Positions 28,993-37,653 of a stretch of 64,000 nucleotides of DNA are shown here, one piece after another. Positions within the stretch are counted from its first letter, which is position 1. Each line of letters opens with the position of its first letter. Both the position numbers and the translations under genes were made by a program. The DNA lies in NCBI GenBank assembly GCA_963845145.1, contig CAWJQU010000008.1:160001-224000 (forward strand), read 5' to 3'. The notes beneath the pieces were generated by a model, which was not told the DNA's origin, did not search any database, and saw only the letters and a program-made list of their open reading frames with translations. The DNA is from an uncultured delta proteobacterium (GTDB lineage Bacteria > Desulfobacterota > Desulfobacteria > Desulfobacterales > QNYZ01).

Positions 28993-30399
28993 ATGCATAA
29001 TGATGTGTTAACAAGAATGGGAGACGGCGAACGGCTGTGGATGCCGGCCGAAGAGGTCAAAGAAGACATTCAGGCCGGAACGGAGGATGCGGCCCGGCGG
29101 GGTGAAATTCCGGCTTTATCACCAGAAGAGCAGGCCGCTTTGTTCGATATCATTGCCGAGCCAGGCCGAATCGTCAGCGTCAATCCCGGTGAAGAGGTCA
29201 TCGTCACGGATGATGGTTGCACCATGAGTTTCTATTCGGGCCAGGATGGGGGTGGTGTGGGAACGCCCATGAGTCGTTTACAAGCGGTCTTGACATATGA
29301 ACGGGCCTGCGGTGCGGATACAACTTCCATGGGGCACAGCGATTACAGCTATAAACCGGTCAAACCCATTATCAACTTTGAAGCCAACGATTACTACAAT
29401 ATTTGCCAGTCAACCACGGCTCCCTTCTGGTATGGTGCGCAACCCAATATGGGCCTCTATTTTCAACCGGACGGCCCCTGCCCCAATGCTGCCGAATTAA
29501 TGCCTGAAGGAAAAATCGACGAAGCCCGCGAAGCTCAGGAGCAAGCAGCGGAGATGCTGACCAACGATCTTGTTTTCGTGGGTAAGCGCCTGGCGGATGT
29601 GGGGCTGGAGGGGCTCAATTTTGATACCAGCGGCAGTGCCGGAGATGCCGATTTTCTGGCAGCATTGCAGGCGGTTGAAAAGTTGAAAGCGATGTTTCCC
29701 GACCTACCGATTCTAATGGGGGCCTCTGGAGAATTTATTATCGGGATGCACGGCGAGATTGAATACAAAGGTCAACGCCTTGCCGGTATGTATCCCCAAG
29801 ATCAGGTCCGGATTATCGAACAGGCCGGAGCGGATATTTACGGGATGGCGATCAATACCAGCACAACAGCGTCCGTCCCCTGGAACCTCTCCAGAGCGGT
29901 GACCTTTCTAAAATCCGCCTCAGGGGCGTCAACCATACCGGTGCACGCAAATGTCGGAATGGGTGTCTGTGGTATTCCCATGATGGAGCAGCCGCCCATT
30001 GATTGTGTCACCCGGGTATCAAAGGCCCTGGTGCAAATTGGCAAAGCGGACGGGTTGTAGATAGGCGTCGGAGATCCCATGGGGATGGGTATCGCCCACA
30101 TCATGGCTTCTTGCATGGGAGGAATTCGGACGGCTGGAGATCTGGTCGCCTGGATGCAAATGACCCGTCGCATGAAAATTGCGGAAGCCAAAACATATGT
30201 GGCCGATAAATTGGGGATTGATGTCTTCGACTTGACCAATGAAGAAATCATGCGTGAACTCAGGGAGGACCTGGGAATCGGCACGGTGACTTCCATTGCG
30301 GGAAAACCAAAAGGCATGACCGCCAAATTTAAAATCGCAGACTTGTTAGAAATCCCTATTCGATCAGTAGCACTTTTCAAAAAGCAGTTAGGAATATGA
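28993..30399 (+). CDS. mtbB: Pyrrolysine-containing dimethylamine methyltransferase family protein (Pyl356)
   Basis: ORFs 28993-30060 and 30079-30399 join through TAG 30058-30060: [32 protein letters not shown]. Also TRMGDG start and DYSYKPVKP; 468 aa. Confidence 0.93.
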
Positions 30400-30483
30400 G
30401 GTTTCCTGGAAGGCTGTATCAGCAGTGGACAGGTACCCAAAAATAATTCATAAAATCAAATAAATTTAAGAGAGGAGTAACGT

Positions 30484-31125
30484 ATGTCGGCTGAAATCTA
30501 TGAGGCGGCTATGGCGGCAATCCTGAAAGGCGATCCTGATGCCGCCACAGCGGTGGCGGAAAAAGGCCTGAATGAGGGAATCGATCCGGTAGTGCTGATC
30601 AATAGTGGATTTATACCCGCCATCAGTGAAGTGGGCGAGCAATTCGGCAGCGGACGGCTTTTTTTGCCGGAACTGATGAAAGCCGCGAAGGCGATGCAGG
30701 CCGCCACCGATGTCATTAATAAGGCGCTGCCCGAGAATGAAGCCTCAACCAGCGGACGCATCATCATCGGCACCGTGGAGGGCGATGTGCATGATATTGG
30801 GAAAACCATCGTCATTTCCTTGCTCAAAGCCCACGGGTTTGATGTCAAAGACCTGGGTCGGGATGCGACGGTGGACCATATTATTGATGAGGCTGAAAAA
30901 TTCAATGCCCAAATTATCGGAACCAGCGCCCTCTTGACGACCACAATGCCGCGTCAAAAGGAACTTGAAGAGGCCTTGAAATCTCGAGGATTGAAAGAGA
31001 AGTTTAAAACCATCGTCGGCGGGGCACCGGTTACCACGCGATGGGCCAAGCGAATCGGGGCGGATGGGTATGCCGAGAATGCGACCGATGCGGTTAAACT
31101 GGCCAAAACACTATTAGAGGCATAA
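30484..31125 (+). CDS. Methyltransferase cognate corrinoid protein (MttC/MtbC family)
   Basis: GTVEGDVHDIGK B12-binding motif, SALLTTTM, VGGAPV and IGADGYAENA. Confidence 0.95.
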   Translation: MSAEIYEAAMAAILKGDPDAATAVAEKGLNEGIDPVVLINSGFIPAISEVGEQFGSGRLFLPELMKAAKAMQAATDVINKALPENEASTSGRIIIGTVEGDVHDIGKTIVISLLKAHGFDVKDLGRDATVDHIIDEAEKFNAQIIGTSALLTTTMPRQKELEEALKSRGLKEKFKTIVGGAPVTTRWAKRIGADGYAENATDAVKLAKTLLEA

Positions 31126-31144
31126 ATACCGTCGACATGGTCCC

Positions 31145-31807
31145 ATGAACGTACTTGAAAATGTGAGAATATCGCCGGACGTCAAAGAGATTCTCAGGCG
31201 CCTCCATATGGCCGGGGACGCGCCTTGTGCACTTGTCGTCGATTGTATCGATCAGGTATGGTCGCTGATCGATCCTAAAATCGCGTTCCGGCGATGTTCG
31301 ATCACCATGATACAAGACGGTTGCGTATATATCGATGAGACCTGTCTGAAAAGCCGCATTTTGAGTCGCAAAATGGATCGCTCCAGGCCGATCTTTCCCT
31401 ATGTGGTTACCCTGGGGAATCGGCTGGAAGAGAAGATCAGGGCAACCGATGATATATTGGAACAGTACTACCTCGATACCATCGCCAATGTCGCTTTAAA
31501 CACCCTTTTGCAGACGCTCGAAACCCATCTACAGGTGACCTACAATCTCAACTGCCTCTCCAGCATGGCGCCGGGCTCCCTGGAAGAGTGGCCGGTTGAG
31601 GAGCAAGCCCCCTTATTCACCATAATTGGCGATGTTGAAACGGCCATCGGTGTCCAACTGACAGAGGTATTCCTCATGCTTCCCGCCAAATCGGAATCGG
31701 GTGTTTTTTTTCCAACCACCGAAAAATTTATAAGTTGCCGTATTTGCCCACGATCAGATTGTGATCTACGAAAAGCCGGATATGAGGGCCAATCCGGTAA
31801 TGATTGA
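31145..31807 (+). CDS. Stand-alone B12-dependent methionine synthase activation (AdoMet-binding) domain protein
   Basis: YVVTLG, MAPGSLEEWPVEEQAPLF, IGVQLTE.FLMLPAKSESG and C-terminal SCRICPRSDCDLRKA. Confidence 0.8.
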   Translation: MNVLENVRISPDVKEILRRLHMAGDAPCALVVDCIDQVWSLIDPKIAFRRCSITMIQDGCVYIDETCLKSRILSRKMDRSRPIFPYVVTLGNRLEEKIRATDDILEQYYLDTIANVALNTLLQTLETHLQVTYNLNCLSSMAPGSLEEWPVEEQAPLFTIIGDVETAIGVQLTEVFLMLPAKSESGVFFPTTEKFISCRICPRSDCDLRKAGYEGQSGND

Positions 31808-31825
31808 AAAAAATTTTCGAAACAA

Positions 31826-32278
31826 TCAAATTTCTCTTTCCAAATTGATGGTTTTAGACGGACCAAAATCATTCGCGCTGAAAAAGCTAATCAGCTTAGA
31901 GTCATCCAGATCGACCAGGGTACTGACCTTTTTCACGCCAAGACTTCTCAGGTGATCCATGAATTCAACGATCAACTGTTCGCCGACGCCTCTATTCTGG
32001 CCATCCGGGTCGACGCCGATGGTATCCAAGGTAGCTTTTTCTTGAAAGATGCCATATTCCCCCATATAGAGTTCCCCCATGACAAAGCCGACCACCGTGC
32101 CGTTTTCGTCTTCCGCCACCAGTGATGTGGGTAAATACTCTTTGGATGTGAAAAGCTTATCAAACTTTAGTTCATAGTATTCCGGACGGGCGGTTTTCAG
32201 CACTTTCTCGTCGATTCCGACGATAGCGTCAAAGTCATCCGCTCTCATGAGCCTGATTTTAATATTGCTTACCTTCAT
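31826..32278 (-). CDS. GNAT family N-acetyltransferase
   Basis: LDTIGVDPDGQNRGVGEQL motif; resembles the 6919 GNAT; ATG 32278 after AAGGGGG. Confidence 0.85.
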   Translation of the reverse strand: MKVSNIKIRLMRADDFDAIVGIDEKVLKTARPEYYELKFDKLFTSKEYLPTSLVAEDENGTVVGFVMGELYMGEYGIFQEKATLDTIGVDPDGQNRGVGEQLIVEFMDHLRSLGVKKVSTLVDLDDSKLISFFSANDFGPSKTINLEREI

Positions 32279-32319
32279 GGCGCCCCCTTTTTTATGCAAT
32301 GTTAGGGTCTAAGTCTGGC

Positions 32320-33447
32320 TCAAACTTTAATCAATTGGTAATGTCGGCTGCCGATTCCCATTTCCTGGGCATAGTCCAGCTGCATTTCATATTCCGCATG
32401 GTGCGGATAAATGCCCCTGATTTTGTCCTCACCCGGCGACATATTCGTCTTAATGGCTGTATTAGGCAACCCCTGTTCCTGGTTGACCAAGTCGATAGAG
32501 GCTTGATCTATGGCCACGGGGTCTTTTGAAGCCACAATCCCGATATCCCTCACAACTGGGGCATCGTTGTGCTGAAAACAGTCGCAATCAGGAGAAACCT
32601 GATTGATCAGGTTAATAAAAAAGGCCCGCCCCTTCTTGTTTGCCAAGGCCCCCAATGCGTGTTCCATTTTAGTTTCGTGATAAAAGCGAGGATCTTTTTT
32701 CGACGGAATCCACGCGACTTCAAAAGCATGATTCGGACAGATACCAAAACAGACCGCACACATACGACATTTTTCGTCATCTCGATGAACGACGCCGTCA
32801 TGCAATGCTAACGCATCCGCCGGACAATGGCTGATACATCGACCAACACCCCGGCATTTTTCCGCCAATATTTGAGGGGGGACAGTGGAATGTTGTCTTA
32901 GCTTCGCCCCCCGGGTGGAACATCCGATAGCGATATTCTTTAATGCTCCGCCAAACCCGGCCCCTTCGTGCAGCTTGAAATGAGCCACGGATATCAGCGC
33001 TTCCGCATTGTAAATATCAGCGGCGATCGAGACTTTTTCAAACCGCTTTTGGTTAATGGTAACAACTACCTCGTTAAGGCCCCTGAGGCCGTCAGCAATG
33101 ACAATCGGCGCGTCCACAACCGAATAGGCATACCCGTTTTCGATGGCAATTTGAATGTGATTGGCCGTGTCACCGCGGCCCGGCGGCGATATTCCCGATA
33201 ACACGTTGGTATCGGTGAGAAACGGAAGGCCGCCCTTTTCCTTTACAGCCTGAACGATTTTCCGAATATACATGGGCCTGACCGTAGACGTGTTTCCCGG
33301 CGCCCCAAAATGAACTTTAACCGCCACCAAGTCTTTGGCTCCAAAGATATTCCCCATGTCGGCGACGCTGAGCATCCTGCCCAATTTCTGAATCAGGCTC
33401 TCCCCTTCTTTCGCCCTGAAGTCCATAAAATAGACATTGTTATCCAT
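32320..33447 (-). CDS. DUF362 domain protein with 4Fe-4S ferredoxin domain
   Basis: VAVKVHFG, PFLTDTN, IADGLRG, HFKLH, GGALKNI, ferredoxin Cys motifs, SPDCDC and DPVAIDQAS. Confidence 0.85.
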   Translation of the reverse strand: MDNNVYFMDFRAKEGESLIQKLGRMLSVADMGNIFGAKDLVAVKVHFGAPGNTSTVRPMYIRKIVQAVKEKGGLPFLTDTNVLSGISPPGRGDTANHIQIAIENGYAYSVVDAPIVIADGLRGLNEVVVTINQKRFEKVSIAADIYNAEALISVAHFKLHEGAGFGGALKNIAIGCSTRGAKLRQHSTVPPQILAEKCRGVGRCISHCPADALALHDGVVHRDDEKCRMCAVCFGICPNHAFEVAWIPSKKDPRFYHETKMEHALGALANKKGRAFFINLINQVSPDCDCFQHNDAPVVRDIGIVASKDPVAIDQASIDLVNQEQGLPNTAIKTNMSPGEDKIRGIYPHHAEYEMQLDYAQEMGIGSRHYQLIKV

Positions 33448-33948
33448 ACAATCCACCCTCCGTTTAAATTGGACATATTTGAATTAGCTGCCGGTCGATA
33501 CCACCGCTGATCGATATTTTGCGCAACATAATGCAACCACCACTATTGGAAAAATCGACGCAGTAGCCGGTAAGGTCAAACCGGTAAGGTTAAATTTGAA
33601 TGAAGTTTATCGATTTACCGGTTCCAAATCAAGCCTGGAATGCGATATTTCGGAGTTCGCCGTTGAGATCCTTTATAATGGTAAATAGGCCATTTTTGTT
33701 AGCATTGTATGAGGAGTCAAATAAATTCGTTTAAGAACACGGAAAACGGCGTCATAAATTTAGTCTGGGTCATTACAAAAAAAGATCGAAAAATCAACAT
33801 CACTTTACATTTCTACTCTGCAAGATATACTTGACTTAACAGTTCAGAGTGATGTTATTTGTAATTATGAATAGTTTGGGATAATCCTGAAAATATCACT
33901 ATATATTTTTAATCGGACAAAAGGGTGTAAGAAGGGGGAATTTGCATT

Positions 33949-34146
33949 ATGCCGGGTTTAATAATTATTTCCATAATATGTATTGCTTCCGCATGGCTAC
34001 TTTGGGGTATTGCCAACAAAAGAGGGGCAAATACACTGTTTTGGACTGTTATGGGCGCCGTTTTTGGTCCATTTGCCATTCCATTTGTGTTTCTGACAAA
34101 AAATAATTCTGCCAAACCTACGCAATTAAACAAATCGATAGAATGA
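33949..34146 (+). CDS. Small membrane protein
   Basis: 65 aa, two hydrophobic segments (FWTVMGAVFGPFAIPFVF); purine-rich RBS upstream. Confidence 0.6.
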   Translation: MPGLIIISIICIASAWLLWGIANKRGANTLFWTVMGAVFGPFAIPFVFLTKNNSAKPTQLNKSIE

Positions 34147-34190
34147 TGTTAACAGTATTCGTCGATAAATGAAATCATTGAGGAAATAAA

Positions 34191-34871
34191 ATGGTTTTAA
34201 TTTCGGAAACAGACGCGTGGAAAAATGCGCACTCTGGGGCAGTGATAGGGTTGTTGGAAATTTCAGGGGTAGAAAATAATCATGAATCAGTTTTGCTAGA
34301 AAATCGAAAACGAAAAATAGAAGCAGAATTGGTAGAACGGTACCGCGAGCTTTCCCGACAGGAATTGGTGGTGCTTCCGGTAATGTCTGCTTATAAAAAA
34401 TATTACAAACGTTTTAAAAAGACGTATCATGTACAACTTCAAGTTGAATCAATCGCGCAAAAGGGAAAAAAACTGCCAAATGTTTCACCTTTGGTTGATG
34501 CAAATTTCATGGCAGAAGTGGAGACTTTTGTTTTGACCGCAGGGCACGATGTTACAAAGCTGCAAGAACCAATTTTGATAGATGTATCGCGTGAAGGAGA
34601 CCATATCACACAAATGAATGGCGCCAACAAATCTATCCGTGTAGGAGATATGGTTATGAGAGATGCGGATGGTGTAAACTGTTCTATATTGTATGGACAA
34701 GATAATCGATCTCCGATTATGCCGGAGACAGATCATGTTCTTTATGTTGCTTATGCACCGAAGGGTATTGGCGGTGGTGTGGTAGAATCTCAATTGCATA
34801 AGATCGAAGAAAATGTCCGTCTGTTCTCTCCAAAAGCATTCGTGGAACTGAACCGATTGATTTTGGCTTAG
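34191..34871 (+). CDS. Free-standing B3/4 domain protein (PheRS beta-subunit editing-domain family)
   Basis: AYKKYYKRF, LPNVSPLVD, LTAGHDV and GDMVMRD motifs; GAGGA RBS. Confidence 0.78.
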   Translation: MVLISETDAWKNAHSGAVIGLLEISGVENNHESVLLENRKRKIEAELVERYRELSRQELVVLPVMSAYKKYYKRFKKTYHVQLQVESIAQKGKKLPNVSPLVDANFMAEVETFVLTAGHDVTKLQEPILIDVSREGDHITQMNGANKSIRVGDMVMRDADGVNCSILYGQDNRSPIMPETDHVLYVAYAPKGIGGGVVESQLHKIEENVRLFSPKAFVELNRLILA

Positions 34872-35028
34872 GGTTCGTGTAAAAATAAGTTCACCGTTTT
34901 AAGTGTTGAGGCGCCCGCCTGGCAAGGCGTGAAAGCGCAGGAATATCGAGATATTCCGAGCTTTCGCAACGTCGCCAGACGGGATGCATCGGCGCTTAAA
35001 ATATGAAATTATTTTTTGCGCGAGCCCT
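34870..35028. repeat. MITE-like long imperfect palindrome (~160 bp)
   Basis: Left end AGGGTTCGTGTAAAAATAAGTTCA matches the reverse complement of the right end, AGGGCTCGCGCAAAAAATAATTTCA. Nested pairs CCCGCCTGGC/GCCAGACGGG, GAAAGC/GCTTTC and GGAATAT/ATATTCC close on a CGAG loop. Confidence 0.7.
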
Positions 35029-35134
35029 GAGCAGAGATAGCCCCCCATACGAGCAGCTGAATGGCAAGGTAATTTTAGATAGCTCAACTCAAGGCTGCGA
35101 ATACAAAAACAATAAACAGGAGGTACGCGACATT

Positions 35135-36004
35135 ATGACAACCGCCATTCTCAGTATATTAACTGGAATAGGCGGTATGTTCGGATGGGGAATATACGAC
35201 TTTTTAGGGGGTGTTTATGCCAAACAAATACGTCCGGTAAAATCTTTCTTTTGGTCACAACTGGCCGGTTTAATCTCTGTCTCCCTGCTTTTATTCGTCC
35301 TTACCATAAATACCAACTTCCCTGTCTTGGTACTCATTTTACTCCCTATCGCAGTGATTGCATATTCCGCTGGGTACCTTTTTTTCTTCAAAGGGTTTGA
35401 AGTAGGCAATGTATCCATTGTTGCCGCAACCATGAATCTTTGGGCTGTATTTACAATGCTGTTTGCTTTTATCTTTATGGGTCAACGGCTTTCCACAATA
35501 CAGTCTGCCGGCGTCTTCATGATCATTTCCGGCGTTGTCATAACATCCTTAAATTGGGTCGATATTAGAAATCATAGGTTTCAAGTTTCTTCAGGTGTAA
35601 AAGAAGCGGTTATAGGGGCCTTTTTCTTTGGTGTCTTTTGGAACATCAGCGAGGTTATATCTCAAGAACTTGGATGGTTATTAACAACCCTATTCATAAA
35701 ATTTGGCATTGTTATATTCCTATTGATACTCTCTCTTCTAACAAAACGAAAACTTGACCTGTCGAAAGCCCCCACAAAAACAAAAATAGTGATTGTATTA
35801 ATGGGGATTATTGAAACGGGTGCAACCGCAATCGTAAATTATGGATTGACCATTGGAGATGCCATATTAATCACGCCCATTGCTTCTGCCCTATCGATTG
35901 TAACCATAATGCTGGCCATTATTTTTTTAAAAGACAAAATCGAAAAACTTCAGGCGCTTGGTATCCTAATCGCTATTTCCGGTATAATTACGACGGCATT
36001 TTGA
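35135..36004 (+). CDS. DMT/EamA family transporter
   Basis: About 10 TM segments in two repeats, GWGIYDF, KGFEVGNVSIVA and IIFLKDK; ATG 35135 after AGGAGG. Confidence 0.85.
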   Translation: MTTAILSILTGIGGMFGWGIYDFLGGVYAKQIRPVKSFFWSQLAGLISVSLLLFVLTINTNFPVLVLILLPIAVIAYSAGYLFFFKGFEVGNVSIVAATMNLWAVFTMLFAFIFMGQRLSTIQSAGVFMIISGVVITSLNWVDIRNHRFQVSSGVKEAVIGAFFFGVFWNISEVISQELGWLLTTLFIKFGIVIFLLILSLLTKRKLDLSKAPTKTKIVIVLMGIIETGATAIVNYGLTIGDAILITPIASALSIVTIMLAIIFLKDKIEKLQALGILIAISGIITTAF

Positions 36005-36130
36005 TTTTCATCTGATCTTTTATATTGGCGGGTTCCGACTAAAAACCGTCGATATTTCCAACGCATTAAACCAGGCCTCTAATAATAAAATATGAGATGA
36101 AACCGTAGCAGGTGATGGGGAATCACCTCA

Positions 36131-37561
36131 TCAGCGCGGCCCGCTGGCGAGCGGCTCCCGAATGATGGGTGCCACTTCGATAATCCGCATCTGCTTCCAT
36201 TTGCCATGTCGGTAGCGCAGATAAAAGGCGGTGCCGAGGGTTGCGATGTAAAAAGTGACCATTATCCAGACGGTATAGATGCCGGCTTTGAAAACCTCGA
36301 CAGCCAAATAGACGGGGATGATCATCACCCCCCAAGAGAGCGCGGCAATCATCCACATGATAAATTGCGTGTCACCAGCGCCTTTTAGCGCACCGGAAAA
36401 GACAAGGTTCACGGCATCAAAAAGACAAAAAACGGCCACAAAACGAAGCAGTATGATTCCCATATCCATTATCTGGCCGGTTAGGACCGGGTCAACGCTG
36501 TTATTTCGAAAAAGATCGAGCAATGGTTCAGGGAAAAAAACAAATATGGTCATCATGACCGACATATACATGCAAGCGATATGCAATGAACTGGTGGTGG
36601 CATAAACGCCATCTTCGGGTTGCCCGCGCCCAACGGCCTGGCCCACTAAAATCGAAGTACCGATATGGAATCCGAAGACGGGTAAAAAAGAAATTGATTC
36701 TATCGATAATACGATGTTTGTAGCGGCAAGCTCGAGATTCCCCAATCGTCCGAGCATCTGAATAAAGAATGCAAATCCAAATATTTCCAAAAAGAACTGC
36801 CCCCCGCTGGGAAGACCGTAACGCATCAGGCGACCGAAAAGATCGCGGTCGAAAGGTCGACTTTTCCAGGTTCCGAAAGTTTTGCGGTTATGCCGACTGA
36901 AAATGAGCAAAATGAAAATCAGGTTGATGAGGGCGGAAGCCGAAACAGTGGCAATGGCGGCACCCACGATGCCAAGGGCGGGAAAGGGGCCAACGCCGTT
37001 GATCAGGCAGTAGTCAAGGGGTATGTTCAGTGCCGCTCCGGCTAGATGAACCCACATAACGGTCCAGGTCAATCCCCGGCCGGTGTAAAAACAGGAGAGG
37101 GCTGAGCTGAGAACCACCAGCCCGGCGCCCAGGGTGAGAATGTTGAAATACTTAATCTCCAGCGTGCGGACATCGGCTGAATGGCCAATCAGATTAAATA
37201 GCTGATGGGAGAGAAAATAAAATAGCGCCAGAAAGCAAGCTGCGAAAAGGGAGAAATAGATACCCTGCCATACCGCTGCACCGACACGATCCAAAGCCTG
37301 CGCACCCGTATACTGCGCCACAAAAGAATTCGTGTAACCGGCGACCCCCATGAAAAAAGAGATTAACGTAAAAGATAAAATACCCGCCGGCAACGCAGCC
37401 GAGATCGCCTCAACCGAGTAATTGGCCAGAAATACACGATCGGTAAACTGCATCAGGGTGATGGTACCCATGGAAGCGACCAGTGGCAGGCTGATAGTAA
37501 AGACATGACGATAGCCATTGGGCCGAGCCCAGCGTTTTTGTAGGCGATTTAAGATATTCAA
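36131..37561 (-). CDS. MATE family efflux transporter
   Basis: QFTDRVFL, NIPLDYCLI, GIVGAAIAT, LVGQAVG and SGALKGAGDT motifs. Confidence 0.9.
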   Translation of the reverse strand: MNILNRLQKRWARPNGYRHVFTISLPLVASMGTITLMQFTDRVFLANYSVEAISAALPAGILSFTLISFFMGVAGYTNSFVAQYTGAQALDRVGAAVWQGIYFSLFAACFLALFYFLSHQLFNLIGHSADVRTLEIKYFNILTLGAGLVVLSSALSCFYTGRGLTWTVMWVHLAGAALNIPLDYCLINGVGPFPALGIVGAAIATVSASALINLIFILLIFSRHNRKTFGTWKSRPFDRDLFGRLMRYGLPSGGQFFLEIFGFAFFIQMLGRLGNLELAATNIVLSIESISFLPVFGFHIGTSILVGQAVGRGQPEDGVYATTSSLHIACMYMSVMMTIFVFFPEPLLDLFRNNSVDPVLTGQIMDMGIILLRFVAVFCLFDAVNLVFSGALKGAGDTQFIMWMIAALSWGVMIIPVYLAVEVFKAGIYTVWIMVTFYIATLGTAFYLRYRHGKWKQMRIIEVAPIIREPLASGPR

Positions 37562-37653
37562 GTGGTCTGTCGTATTATTTTATTAGCTCAAATAGTGGTC
37601 AGTAGCGTCTACCAGGCACGGTGCCGGATTATTTGGGGCATCGTATTATATAA

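Noticed and set aside
29838..30440. Long antisense ORFs (also 57559-58203, 11809-12312, 26773-27285)
   Set aside because: Shadows of well-supported genes on the opposite strand, with no motifs.
35003..35134. N-terminal extension of the EamA ORF
   Set aside because: It starts inside the MITE-like repeat; the AGGAGG RBS supports ATG 35135.
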